64,000 bases of DNA from Dehalococcoidia bacterium. GTDB lineage: Bacteria; Chloroflexota; Dehalococcoidia; Lucifugimonadales; GCA-2712585. The position numbers and the translations under genes were made by a program. The notes under the pieces are model-generated. The model saw only the letters and a program-made list of their open reading frames with translations, did not search any database and had not been told where the DNA came from. Shown here piece by piece: positions 46,996-56,410 of this stretch; position 1 is the first letter of the stretch; each line of letters opens with the position of its first letter. The DNA lies in assembly GCA_965261665.1 (NCBI GenBank), contig OZ253467.1:2503941-2567940 (forward strand), written 5' to 3'.

Positions 46996-48123
46996 CTACA
47001 ACTGGAATCCGTAGAGAGCCGCCGAGTTATCTCTGATCACCTTCTGCTTGGCGGAAGGGTTTTTCAGGTCACGGAGGTTGTCCTCGATGGTCTGCAGCGA
47101 GTCGGGCCAAACGCCGTCCTGGTGGGGATAGTCGGAACCCCAGATTACGTTGCCTTCGCCTACGAGGTGAATGAGGTGGCCCGCCACGTTCTCTTTCTGG
47201 AACGTCGAGAACCCCTGGCGGTCCCAGTACTCGCTGGGCAGCATGGAGATGCCCGACTGGCCCTCGCCCTCGTGGTCCATCCGGTCGATGACGTAGGGTA
47301 TCCAGCTCACGCCGCACTCTCCCAGAACGAACTTGAAGTTGGGGTACCGTTCGCAAGCGCCTGAGAAGATTATGCTGGTGACGAACTCTGCACCCTGAAG
47401 CTGGAACATGGTGGTGCGAACGTTGTGGTACACCTCGTCGTACTGGGAGGCCTCAGAAGCGTCCACGGCCCGGGGCCGCAGACCCGTGGTATGGAACGAA
47501 ATGGAAAGGCCCGTATCGTGGGAGGCTTCCCAAAGCACGTCCCAGTCCCGGTGATAAATAGGCTTGACGGCGCCGGCCACGCCAAAGTCGCCGCCGTGGA
47601 GGCCGATGGTCGCGGCCCGTCGAAGCTCGTCGGCAGCCGCCTGCGGGCTGTGGTTGGGAATGCAGGCCAACCCGGCGAAGCGGCCGGGATGACTGTTGCA
47701 GAAGTCCGCCAGCCAGTCATTATAGATGCGGAAAATCTCGACAATCTGATCGTTATCATTGAGGGTGTGAGAAATCCGAAGAAGCCCGTATATCACCTCC
47801 GCGTCTATGCCGTCCTTGTCCTGGTCCTTGATCCGGAGGTCCGGGTTGGTGGGATGATACCCCTGGTCGGCGTCTTCGTAGAAGCCGGCGGAAATCATAG
47901 CGTTCCAACGAGTCCCCATCTCCGTGCTAAAGGTGCGCGGGTCCACTTCGTGGCCGACCACGCCCAAGTCAACTCCCCCGGCGTTCCAGCGACGGCCCTT
48001 GCCCGTCTCCACCACGTGGGGCATCTTGTCTACCATCCCCGCCGACGCGTTGGCGACGAATAGGTCCTCCGGCATGAACCGCAGGTCGATGTGACTGTCC
48101 CCGGAAATAATGTTGTAACCCAT
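46996..48123 (-). CDS. Amidohydrolase_2 paralog 2
   Basis: ..ISGDSHIDL.. and ..WGSDYPHQDG.. are present. The start was set at ATG 48123, preceded by GGAGAGGTGGAG (the ORF-track start is 48246). Confidence 0.8.
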   Translation of the reverse strand: MGYNIISGDSHIDLRFMPEDLFVANASAGMVDKMPHVVETGKGRRWNAGGVDLGVVGHEVDPRTFSTEMGTRWNAMISAGFYEDADQGYHPTNPDLRIKDQDKDGIDAEVIYGLLRISHTLNDNDQIVEIFRIYNDWLADFCNSHPGRFAGLACIPNHSPQAAADELRRAATIGLHGGDFGVAGAVKPIYHRDWDVLWEASHDTGLSISFHTTGLRPRAVDASEASQYDEVYHNVRTTMFQLQGAEFVTSIIFSGACERYPNFKFVLGECGVSWIPYVIDRMDHEGEGQSGISMLPSEYWDRQGFSTFQKENVAGHLIHLVGEGNVIWGSDYPHQDGVWPDSLQTIEDNLRDLKNPSAKQKVIRDNSAALYGFQL

Positions 48124-48300
48124 GATTGTCTCCACCTCTCCTAAAGTATTCAATTCCGCAATCCGATTGGCCAGATGGTATTGAACAGACTCCCCGGTGT
48201 CAAGAATACGTCTAAGCCAATGCCCAGCAAAAGACCGCCCCTCCATGACGGACGGAGGCGGTCTTCGGGCCTATAGGACCGTTGTGTATTGGTTGCTATT

Positions 48301-48627
48301 CTATGGCCACAACCTCATTACACCAATAACAAGGGCGAATCCCGTAATCATGAGACCGCCCAATCGAACCATCAGCCGTAGTTCCAATTCCTTCAGGTCC
48401 GCTTTGGTGGCGTAGTGCTGCCGAAATTCGTCTCGCAACAACGCCAGTTCTTGTCGCATGTCGGCTTTGAGAGACGCCATTTCTCCCTGTATGTCAGTTT
48501 TGAGAGACGCCATCCCTCCCTGCACGTCAGCTTTGAGAGACGCCATTTCTCCCTGCACGTCGGCTTTGAGAGACCCGATTTCTTCCCGCAACTCGGATCT
48601 GGTTACTGGCGCTTCCGTGGTTACCAC
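48301..48627 (-). CDS. Small C-terminally anchored coiled-coil protein (DUF1640-like) with 4 x 11-aa tandem repeats
   Basis: 108 aa with a GTG start preceded by GAGGA. It reads GS/EMASLKADVQG x4, then ..QHYATKADLKELELRL.. and the C-terminal TM helix ..LGGLMITGFALVIGVM... Confidence 0.6.
   Translation of the reverse strand: MVTTEAPVTRSELREEIGSLKADVQGEMASLKADVQGGMASLKTDIQGEMASLKADMRQELALLRDEFRQHYATKADLKELELRLMVRLGGLMITGFALVIGVMRLWP
48458..48589 (-). repeat. 4 x 33-bp in-frame tandem repeat
   Basis: The units start at 48458, 48491, 48524 and 48557 (atgtcggctttgagagacgccatttctccctgt and variants). They differ at only a few positions. Confidence 0.9.
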
Positions 48628-48666
48628 AGTATCCTCACTGTGCCCCTTTTTGTACTCTTGTTCTTG

Positions 48667-48695
48667 ATTCTAGCACAGATGTCGCTCATCCTCAA
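48667..48695 (-). promoter_or_regulatory. Putative extended -10 promoter for the 48301-48627 gene
   Basis: Minus strand: TTGAGG (48695-48690), a 17-nt spacer and TGC-TAGAAT (-10 hexamer at 48672-48667), about 40 nt upstream of GTG 48627. Confidence 0.4.
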
Positions 48696-48770
48696 TCAAT
48701 CCATCTACACTTGCCGAGAAAAAGCCGTAATGGTTTATCGTTCAAGTACAGGACGGTGGCGGATACGACC

Positions 48771-49316
48771 CTACGGGTTCACAACCCAGCTTACATTAAC
48801 GTTTACCGCCTGCAGGGGGAAGGGGTTGAAGAAGAATATCTGATGCTCTCCGTTGATCTCAGCTTCAACGGAAACAGTGTCCGAGTCCGTCGTATCGTCG
48901 ATGGTCACCAGCGGAGTACCCAAGGAGTCATTTATGACTAGCTTGATACCTTCGCTGGCCTTTCCGATGCCGGCGCTGACATTCTGGCCTCCCGTGATCA
49001 TCGACTCCACGTCGAAACTCAATTCCAGGATGTCGCCGGCGGTCAATTCAACTACGATGGTCCCCGTTTCGTTGGCGGTGATGAACAGAGTCTCGGAGCC
49101 GGATGAGGGCCCTCCTTGCTGGGGGACTGCTGCGGGGGTTTCCACCGGGGGCTGAGTTGCTGGGGCCGCGGTGGCGGGCGCAGCTGTGGCCACGAGAGCG
49201 GGGCTTTCGTCGTTTCCGTTTCCTCCGCCGCATGCCGCCACTAGCAGCAGGAGAAGGACGGAAAGGCCCGCCACGTACAGGGCGGGCTGTCTAAGTTTAG
49301 AGCGAATCTGCATCAT
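48771..49316 (-). CDS. Hypothetical lipoprotein
   Basis: The signal plus lipobox is ..LLLLLVAAC, followed by an A/P/T-rich linker and a beta-rich domain of about 110 aa. GGGAGA precedes ATG 49316. Confidence 0.55.
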   Translation of the reverse strand: MMQIRSKLRQPALYVAGLSVLLLLLVAACGGGNGNDESPALVATAAPATAAPATQPPVETPAAVPQQGGPSSGSETLFITANETGTIVVELTAGDILELSFDVESMITGGQNVSAGIGKASEGIKLVINDSLGTPLVTIDDTTDSDTVSVEAEINGEHQIFFFNPFPLQAVNVNVSWVVNP

Positions 49317-49366
49317 ACATTCTCCCAAGTTCTAACTGTTGTGCCGGGGTTGCCGCAGGGGCGCAT

Positions 49367-50497
49367 TCACGCGTGGGGATGTCCCGCTACCAACCGCTCT
49401 CCGTAGATTTTTACTGAGTTGTCCCAGAGGATCTTACGCTTGGTGTCTTCCGAAAGGGGCTGCTCCATCATGTTGGGCAGGGGTTCGTTTGTCGCCGGTG
49501 CGTCGGGGTGCGGATAGTCCGTGTTGAACACGATGTTGTCGTCGCCGATGTAGTCCACCACGTATTTGATGGAGGGCTCGTCGGCGTCCGCCGCCACGGC
49601 GCACTGCCGCAGGAAGTACTCCTGGGGCGTCAGTTTCAGCGGGTGGTCGTCGAAGAAGACGGACTGCCGTCCTTCGCAATACTTCTCCAGCCTGTTCAGC
49701 CAGAAGGGCACCCAGCCGGAGTTCGCTTCCAGGATGAGCAATTTAAGGTTTGGGAACTTGTCCAGGATGCCACTGTACATGAAGTGGCCCAGGTTGATCA
49801 TGTTCTCGAAGGGGAAGCCGATGGCCTGTCCCAAGGCGATGAAGGGGCCGGCGTGTGGGTTGTAGCGGGCATTAGTCCAGGGTTCGCCGCTGGCGCTGCT
49901 GCTGCCGTGAACCGAGATGGGGACTTCCAGATCTGTGACTGTCTCCCAGACCTTAGTGTAGTCCGGATGGTGCCACATCTTCTCCGGGATAGCCTTGGGC
50001 AGGAAAATTGAAACGGCGCCCAACTCCGAAACGGAGCGGCGAATTTCAGCCACCATGTCGTCGATATCATGTCCCGGCACCGTGGCAGTGAATTTGATGC
50101 GTTCTGGCGCGCCGCTACAAAAGTCGTGGGCCCAACTGTTGTAGGCGCAGCACATGGCTCCCTGAACGTCGTCCGGGATGAAGGCGGGCAGCGACACTGC
50201 CTTGGTGGGCAGGCAAACTTGGATATCCCATCCCTCCGTGTCCATGTCCTTGATGCGACTCTCCAGGGTCCAACCATCCCGGAAGGCATGGCCAAATTTG
50301 TTGTCCATCTCGGAGAAGAGCTTCTCGGAGCGGGAAACGCCACCCTCTTCGCCTTCGAACTGGACCATGGAATTGCCCAACATGCGGGCAACCTTGGGCC
50401 TTCTATCCTGAAACTCGGGGCTCAGGTACTTGTCCCAAAGATATTCGGGCTCGTAGAAATGCCCGTCAGCGTCAATTACTCTAAATCCGTTGCGCAT
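49367..50497 (-). CDS. Amidohydrolase_2 paralog 3
   Basis: 376 aa with ..IDADGHFYEP.. and ..FNTDYPHPDA... Confidence 0.8.
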   Translation of the reverse strand: MRNGFRVIDADGHFYEPEYLWDKYLSPEFQDRRPKVARMLGNSMVQFEGEEGGVSRSEKLFSEMDNKFGHAFRDGWTLESRIKDMDTEGWDIQVCLPTKAVSLPAFIPDDVQGAMCCAYNSWAHDFCSGAPERIKFTATVPGHDIDDMVAEIRRSVSELGAVSIFLPKAIPEKMWHHPDYTKVWETVTDLEVPISVHGSSSASGEPWTNARYNPHAGPFIALGQAIGFPFENMINLGHFMYSGILDKFPNLKLLILEANSGWVPFWLNRLEKYCEGRQSVFFDDHPLKLTPQEYFLRQCAVAADADEPSIKYVVDYIGDDNIVFNTDYPHPDAPATNEPLPNMMEQPLSEDTKRKILWDNSVKIYGERLVAGHPHA

Positions 50498-50633
50498 GGC
50501 TGGCTTCTCCTATCTGAAATGTACTTTACGCCTTGATTCTTATCTGATTCCTATTGAATCATTGGCTTTGGGCGCTGTCAATCGCTTGCCGCTTTCGCGG
50601 CCATTCGCGCCGACCGATGTCGATCGTTCCTTG

Positions 50634-52058
50634 CTAAAGGATGTCCGGGCGCCGTTTATGCCACTCGGTGGCCTGTTCGTAGGCGTAAGCCGCGCGGAGG
50701 GCCACGTGGTCCTGGTAAGGCTTCGCGGCTATCTGCAGCCCGATTGGCAACCCCGCTTCAGAGAACCCGCACGGTACGGAGACGGCGGGAAAGCCGTTCA
50801 GGTCGTAGGGACGGGTGAAAGTCGGTATGGCCTTCTCCGCGCCGAAGCTCTTGCCTTCCAGTTGTACCTCGGCGGAGGCCAGGGGGAAGGGTGTCATGGG
50901 CATAGTGGGCCCGACCAGCAGGTCCACGTCCTTCATCGCCTGGTGGCTCTCTTCGGTGTAGTTCCGGCGAAGCTTGAGCACCTCCAGATAATCGGCGGCG
51001 GATATCATCATCCCCGCCTCTATTCGGGGGAACTTTCTCAGTATCTTGGATACTTCCTCAGACCCTCTTGTCTCCACCAGGTGGGTGTGTATCGAAGACG
51101 CCTCCGTTATGGAAATGATGTGGCCCATCGTGACGGCTCTGTAGAAATTAGGCCAGGAGACCTCAACCAGCTCCGCTCCAAGCTCCTCCAGCACAACCAT
51201 AGCCTTCTGCACGACGCTTCTTACCTCGGCCTCCATGGGCATATCGAAGAATTCCCTCGGCACACCGATACGGAGACCCCGAATGCCTTCTCGAGCGGAT
51301 GCCGCATAATCGGGAACGGCAACACGCGCGGAGGTCGGGTCGTCAGGGTCGTGGCCGGCGATGGCGTTCATGGCGTAGGCAGTATCCATGACGGTCCGAG
51401 TCATGGGGCCACAGTGGTCCAACCCCCAGGAGAGAGGGCTAACCCCGTAGCGACTCACAAGCCCGTAGGTGGGTTTGTGGCCGACCAGGTTGCAGAAGGA
51501 CGCCGGAATTCGGATGGATCCGCCGGTGTCGGAACCCATGGTGATGGTGCACTGGCCCGTGGCCGCAGCCACACCGGAGCCGCTGCTGGACCCCCCGGGA
51601 ACCATGCCATTGTCCCACGGATTCAGCGCATCGCCAAAGAAGGGGTTCTCACCCCGCCCGCTCATGGCCAACGGCGCCAGATTCAGCTTTCCCAGTAGAA
51701 TCGTCCCCGCGTCTTTGAGTCGGCGGGTGACGGTGCTGTCGTAGCTTGGCACAAAGTCTTCATATATCCGCACCCCGGAAGTCGTCACCACACCCTCGGT
51801 GTAGTAGAGGTCTTTCAGGCCCAGAGAAATGCCGTGAAGGGGGCCGAGATATCGCCCGTCCCGTATCTCCTCTTCCGCTTCACGAGCGCCGGCCAGCGCC
51901 TGCTCCTCCAGTAAGGTTATGAAGGCGTTAAGCCGGGGTTCCGTGGCGGCGATTCTCCCAAGGTGCGCTTGGGTAACTTCAACAGGCGAGACCTGCCCGT
52001 CCCGTATCAGAGGCGAAAGCTCGTCCACGCTCATGTAGCAAAGTTCGAGGGAGTCCAT
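50634..52058 (-). CDS. Amidase-signature family amidase
   Basis: 474 aa. It has the AS motif ..GGSSSGSGVAAATG.. and ..GSDTGGSIRIPASF... Confidence 0.85.
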   Translation of the reverse strand: MDSLELCYMSVDELSPLIRDGQVSPVEVTQAHLGRIAATEPRLNAFITLLEEQALAGAREAEEEIRDGRYLGPLHGISLGLKDLYYTEGVVTTSGVRIYEDFVPSYDSTVTRRLKDAGTILLGKLNLAPLAMSGRGENPFFGDALNPWDNGMVPGGSSSGSGVAAATGQCTITMGSDTGGSIRIPASFCNLVGHKPTYGLVSRYGVSPLSWGLDHCGPMTRTVMDTAYAMNAIAGHDPDDPTSARVAVPDYAASAREGIRGLRIGVPREFFDMPMEAEVRSVVQKAMVVLEELGAELVEVSWPNFYRAVTMGHIISITEASSIHTHLVETRGSEEVSKILRKFPRIEAGMMISAADYLEVLKLRRNYTEESHQAMKDVDLLVGPTMPMTPFPLASAEVQLEGKSFGAEKAIPTFTRPYDLNGFPAVSVPCGFSEAGLPIGLQIAAKPYQDHVALRAAYAYEQATEWHKRRPDIL

Positions 52059-52065
52059 TTCTCAC

Positions 52066-52473
52066 CTACTTCGAGGGTTTGAAGAAGGGCACCGTAACCT
52101 GGCTGTTGGCCTTAACGAAGGTAACCTCCACGGGCATGCCTATACGGACGTCGAAGGGGTCGCAGCCGACGATGTTGGTAAACATCTTCACGCCCTCCTC
52201 AAGCTCTACTAGGGCCAGGGCGTAAGGGCCTTCGTCGAAACCGGCAGTGCGGTTCTGACGGGTGACGGTGAAGGTCCAGACGGAGCCTTTGCCGCTGGCC
52301 TTGACCCATTGCACCTTGCCGGTAAAGCAGTTGGCGCAGATGCCACGGGGATAGAACTGGTACTCCCGGCAGTCGTCGCATCGCTGGATCAGCAACTCTC
52401 CCCGCTGACAGGCCTCCCAGTAGGGCAGACTCTCGCCGGTTATGGTCGGTAGGGGTCTCTTCCACTCGCTCAT
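52066..52473 (-). CDS. DUF35 Zn-ribbon/OB-fold protein (thiolase partner)
   Basis: 135 aa. ..PYWEACQRGELLIQRCDDCREYQFYPRGICANC.. is the typical rubredoxin-like knuckle plus OB fold. Confidence 0.8.
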   Translation of the reverse strand: MSEWKRPLPTITGESLPYWEACQRGELLIQRCDDCREYQFYPRGICANCFTGKVQWVKASGKGSVWTFTVTRQNRTAGFDEGPYALALVELEEGVKMFTNIVGCDPFDVRIGMPVEVTFVKANSQVTVPFFKPSK

Positions 52474-52475
52474 CT

Positions 52476-53657
52476 CTAGTCCCTCCCCAATACTACGGTC
52501 CCGCCGCTGTGTCGAGAAGCCAGGGTCCCGCCGGTTCCGTGGACCAGTGCCAACTGACAGTTTGGCACCTGCCGGGGCGTACCTTCAAACTGATGCCGCA
52601 GCTGACGGGTGGACTCCAGCAGCAGGAACAGACCCCTCATGCCCGGATGGTTGGAAGAGAGGCCGCCGCCATCGGTGTTGATGGGCAGCTCCCCCCCAAG
52701 GCCGATACGACCGTTGGAAACGAAGTCGCCGCCCTCGCCCTTCTTGCAGAAGCCCAAGTCCTCCAGGGTCATCAGCACCGTGATGGTGAAGGAATCGTAG
52801 ATCATCGCCATGTCGAAGTCGTCGTGGGTGACGCCCGCCGCCGCCATGGCCGGCCCTCCCGTCTGCGCCGCCGCCAGGTACATCAGGTCCCTGCGTCCGG
52901 CCCCCTGGTGGGCTACGCCTTCCGCCTGGCTGAGAATCCAAACGGGGGTCTGGCGACAGTTCCGCGCCACCTCCGGCGAGGCAATTACCACCGCGCCGCC
53001 GCCGTCGCTGATGACGCAGCAGTCAAGAAGGTGCAGCGGGTCTGAAATCATGCGAGAGTTCACCACGTCGTCCACGGTGATGATGTCCCTATAGAGGGCC
53101 TGCGGGTTCATGGAAGCATGCCTGCGAGTGTTCACCGCTATTTCCGCCAGCTGCTCCGAGGTGGTGCCGTACTGGTGCATGTGCCGCTGGGCCAGCATTG
53201 CGTAGAGGCCCACGGTGGTGAACCCGTAAAGCTCTTCAAAGCTGTCGGGCGCGGGATGCAGACGAGGCGCACCGAGCCGGGCGGCCCCTCCGGTTCCTAT
53301 AGAGATGCCTCCCGAACGAGGCAGTGTGGAATAGGTGATGACGGCAACGTCGATGCGTCCCGCGGCAATGGCGTTGACGGCATGACCCAGGTGGAACTCA
53401 AAGGAAGCGCCGCCGACGCTGGTGTCGTCAAGATGCTTGGGGTAGATGTCCATATAGTCGGCCAAGGACACGTTGGCCATTCGCACCGACATCGACGAGG
53501 AGAACAAGCCGTCCACGTCCTTCTTTTCAAGCCCGGCGTCGGCCAGAGCGCCAATGACGCTTTCCGCCTGCACCAGAAGTTCGCTCTTGTCTGGGGCGAA
53601 CCGTGCGGGATGCTCGTAGATGCCGACGATGGCGGCAGCCTTTCGAAGGTCAACCAT
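52476..53657 (-). CDS. Thiolase-fold protein (SCP-x/lipid-transfer-type)
   Basis: 393 aa. The C-terminal ..INTDGGGLS..HPGMRG.. and its pairing with a DUF35 gene are typical of this thiolase subgroup. Confidence 0.8.
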   Translation of the reverse strand: MVDLRKAAAIVGIYEHPARFAPDKSELLVQAESVIGALADAGLEKKDVDGLFSSSMSVRMANVSLADYMDIYPKHLDDTSVGGASFEFHLGHAVNAIAAGRIDVAVITYSTLPRSGGISIGTGGAARLGAPRLHPAPDSFEELYGFTTVGLYAMLAQRHMHQYGTTSEQLAEIAVNTRRHASMNPQALYRDIITVDDVVNSRMISDPLHLLDCCVISDGGGAVVIASPEVARNCRQTPVWILSQAEGVAHQGAGRRDLMYLAAAQTGGPAMAAAGVTHDDFDMAMIYDSFTITVLMTLEDLGFCKKGEGGDFVSNGRIGLGGELPINTDGGGLSSNHPGMRGLFLLLESTRQLRHQFEGTPRQVPNCQLALVHGTGGTLASRHSGGTVVLGRD

Positions 53658-53764
53658 AGGCGCTCCTTACGGTGGGTTTGCGACGAGTTTCTCGAATACG
53701 CCAGCTTTCGCCATATTAGGAGCGGCTGGCCAGAGTGTCAAGGCAGACGCCCACAGCACGTTGT

Positions 53765-55852
53765 CTAACTCCCATCCGCCAGCACCCTCACCTCCACCGT
53801 CTCCCCGACCGTACCGGCTGTCAGGTTCTCAGGTGCAGGAGGCTGGCAGTAGAGTAGGTTCAGCGAGCTCAGGTCGTTGGTGGCCACGTCCTTCAGGGGT
53901 AATGGTATGCACCCGGTCAATGTGTTCCCGGATAGCCGCAACTCCACCAGGTCGGAAAGTTGGCCAATTTCCTCCGGTATTTCCCCCGTCAGCGTGTTGT
54001 TGCTCAGATTCAGGTGCGTAAGCTCAACCAACGAACCAATCGATGAGGGTATGCTTCCCGTTAGGCTGCGGCTGCTCAGGTCCAACTCTGTCACCCGCTT
54101 CGGCGTCCCGCCCACCGTCACGCCGTCCCAGCTTGTGATGGCCGTGTCCAGGCTCCAGTTCAGTGTGGCCGTGCCTCTGAGGGTGTCCTTGGCGGCGAGC
54201 AGCACCTCGCAATCGGAGACCAATCCGGGATTGGCGCCGGGATTCGTCACTGCCGTGCCGCCAGAGCAGCCCTTCCGAATCCGCAGCATCAACTTGTCCC
54301 CGCTCTGCCAGGGTTGGGATGCCACCGTCCAACTCAGCGTCCGGTTCGCCGCATCCACCGTGGCGTTGGCGACTTGCAGGGACAGGGACACCGAGCCGTC
54401 GAGGGCGATGAAGTTCACCTCCTGGTCCGTGAGTCCCGTAGTCGGATTGACTTGCAGCTTGACCGTTCCCGACTCTCCGGTACCGGGTTCCCACGCGATG
54501 CGCTCCAGGGTGGCCGATGCACCGTTGGCGTCGGTGAACGTAGCCGGACTCAGTACTCCGTTGGAGTCGTCCGCCGCTACGGCCGTTCCGTCTGTCACCG
54601 GGTCGAAGAAGGCCTCGTGCAAGGTGTCCGCAGAGGCATTGACGGTGATGGTCCATTCATAGCGAGATGCATATCCTGCGCATGGAACGAAATAATATGC
54701 TCTGTGGTTGAAGTGGAACTTATACGTCCCTTCGTAAAGCGGGCGGGTCGCAGTTACGCGACGAGCATAATAGATGGAATCATTCGTGCCATCCCCCGAT
54801 GAATCCCAAGGAACCGCGTCGCCGAACTCGACGCTAAACAAGTCCGCATCACCGCCGTCAAACCATGTCTCTGCCCTCGCGTTAGGAAGGTCCCCGTAAT
54901 CTGTATCTTCATAGACTACACTTGAGGCGGCCAACCCCGAGCCTACCACTTGGTCAGGGATTCTACGGAAATACCCCTCGTTCTCCGTATGCATTCTATA
55001 GCGATTTCTCTCCTCGTACCTATACGTACGCTGAACACACTCAGTGTACTCCTCGGAGCCGTCCCCGGCGTCGAGCTTAGCCATGACCCCTGCAATCCGC
55101 GTCTTGATCTCCCCCAGGGTGATGGTGGGTGGTGTTCCCTCGGCAGGCGGCACGTCCGTCAGAAACCGTTGCTGATCCCCCGTGGACTGCGACGGCGCAC
55201 CCACTGCCGCCACAGCCGGCAGCCACAGCTTTTCATGTATGCTGGCTATGCTGTATCCGTCGTCGGGAGAATACATGGGTCTACTTCCACCCCATGCCAG
55301 GTAGTATCGATTAGCCTGCTGTGTGCTAGGGAGGGATGCCTCGGAGGTTTGTAGAAAGATAATGGCCTCGTGGTCATCCCACTGGGAGTCCCGGGCAGTG
55401 GCTATGGCCGGCAGCGCGTCCTGGGACTCCTCGGCCGTGTCAAAGAATGGAGCAGCGGCCCACACGGCCACGATGTTGTCGGCTCCGCTGCCCTTCAGGT
55501 ACTCCTGAACGCTGAAGTTGAACTCCAAGAGTGCTGAATACTTCATCCCCTCGTACGTAGTGCCCAACTCTGTCGTAGAAGACACGGAGTCAAGCCGAAC
55601 CCGGGCGATTACGGGCGACGCGAAGATCCTTTCTTCAAGCGAGGTAGGACCGTCATAGCCAACGGGTGCTGCCGATATCGGTGCCACTGTGCGCGTAGTC
55701 GTCTCTGCTGGCGGTGCTGTCCCAGTAGGCGTCTCCGCTGCCACCGACAGAGTTCTCGCCTCCTGAACCTCCTGCCCACTGTCGGAGGGACCGCAACCCA
55801 ACAGCAGTATTGTCAGCCCTACCAGCAGGATGAAGCTGAATGTTCTCATCAT
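53765..55852 (-). CDS. Large lipoprotein with C-terminal plant-type leucine-rich repeats
   Basis: The lipobox is ..LTILLLGC (start set at ATG 55852). About 560 aa follow without a recognisable motif. Next comes ..SWDGVTVGGTPKRVTELDLSSRSLTGSIPSSIGSLVELTHLNLSNNTLTGEIPEEIGQLSDLVELRLSGNTLTGCIP... Confidence 0.65.
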   Translation of the reverse strand: MMRTFSFILLVGLTILLLGCGPSDSGQEVQEARTLSVAAETPTGTAPPAETTTRTVAPISAAPVGYDGPTSLEERIFASPVIARVRLDSVSSTTELGTTYEGMKYSALLEFNFSVQEYLKGSGADNIVAVWAAAPFFDTAEESQDALPAIATARDSQWDDHEAIIFLQTSEASLPSTQQANRYYLAWGGSRPMYSPDDGYSIASIHEKLWLPAVAAVGAPSQSTGDQQRFLTDVPPAEGTPPTITLGEIKTRIAGVMAKLDAGDGSEEYTECVQRTYRYEERNRYRMHTENEGYFRRIPDQVVGSGLAASSVVYEDTDYGDLPNARAETWFDGGDADLFSVEFGDAVPWDSSGDGTNDSIYYARRVTATRPLYEGTYKFHFNHRAYYFVPCAGYASRYEWTITVNASADTLHEAFFDPVTDGTAVAADDSNGVLSPATFTDANGASATLERIAWEPGTGESGTVKLQVNPTTGLTDQEVNFIALDGSVSLSLQVANATVDAANRTLSWTVASQPWQSGDKLMLRIRKGCSGGTAVTNPGANPGLVSDCEVLLAAKDTLRGTATLNWSLDTAITSWDGVTVGGTPKRVTELDLSSRSLTGSIPSSIGSLVELTHLNLSNNTLTGEIPEEIGQLSDLVELRLSGNTLTGCIPLPLKDVATNDLSSLNLLYCQPPAPENLTAGTVGETVEVRVLADGS

Positions 55853-55895
55853 TGCGGTCCTTCTTGCATGCATCTGAAAATCAATCTTGTTCCCG

Positions 55896-56366
55896 TCACG
55901 GGCCGGGTGCGTCATGGTTGGTCGGCCGGTGGATAGCGTAGATTGCCCTTAACTGGGCTATGTCCTCGGCGGTTGGCGTCCTGTGGGTATATGGATCGTA
56001 CATCACGGCAGGCAGACGATCGAGCCCCGTTTTGTCGCCGTAGAAGTCAGGCAGCCCGATAGTGTGCCCGAACTCGTGAATCATAATAATGTCTACGAAG
56101 TAGTATTCCGAATCAACGGTAGGGCCTGGATCTCCATGATCACCCTCTATGTCAGTCCAGTAGATCCTGGGGTGCTTTACGGGTATACAGGCTCCGGTTG
56201 TTTTATCTCTAGCCCCTCTGCACTCCCAGGCAGGCTCCTCGAAGATGAGGGATATATGCCCTTGGTGATTTCCCTGGCCGCCCGAGTCAGACTTGATGCA
56301 GGCTATGCTCCAGCCGCAGCCCTCTTCGTGTCTACTGGCGTCGCCGGGGCTGGTATCCTTAGGTGT
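55896..56366 (-). pseudogene. Zincin metalloprotease-domain reading frame lacking any start codon upstream of its active site (probable remnant)
   Basis: The frame is open for 156 codons after TAA (56367-56369). It contains ..VDIIMIHEFGHTIGLPDFY.. (HExxHxxGxxD). The first ATG/GTG/TTG/CTG is the Met directly before HEFGH, and there is no signal peptide. Confidence 0.5.
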
Positions 56367-56410
56367 TTATACTTACCGTCTTGACGGTTACTTTTCCGTT
56401 GTCGTGGTTG

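Noticed and set aside
48458-48589. Regularly spaced 33-bp repeats, considered as a possible CRISPR or satellite array
   Set aside because: The units are contiguous with no spacers. They are in frame and encode a sensible hendecad coiled-coil inside an ORF with RBS, promoter and TM anchor. The antisense ORF 48415-48843 is repeat-derived junk.
50490-51698. 402-aa plus-strand ORF
   Set aside because: It is antisense to the amidase gene, which has the GGSSSGS signature on the minus strand. It is R/G/H-rich junk with no motifs.
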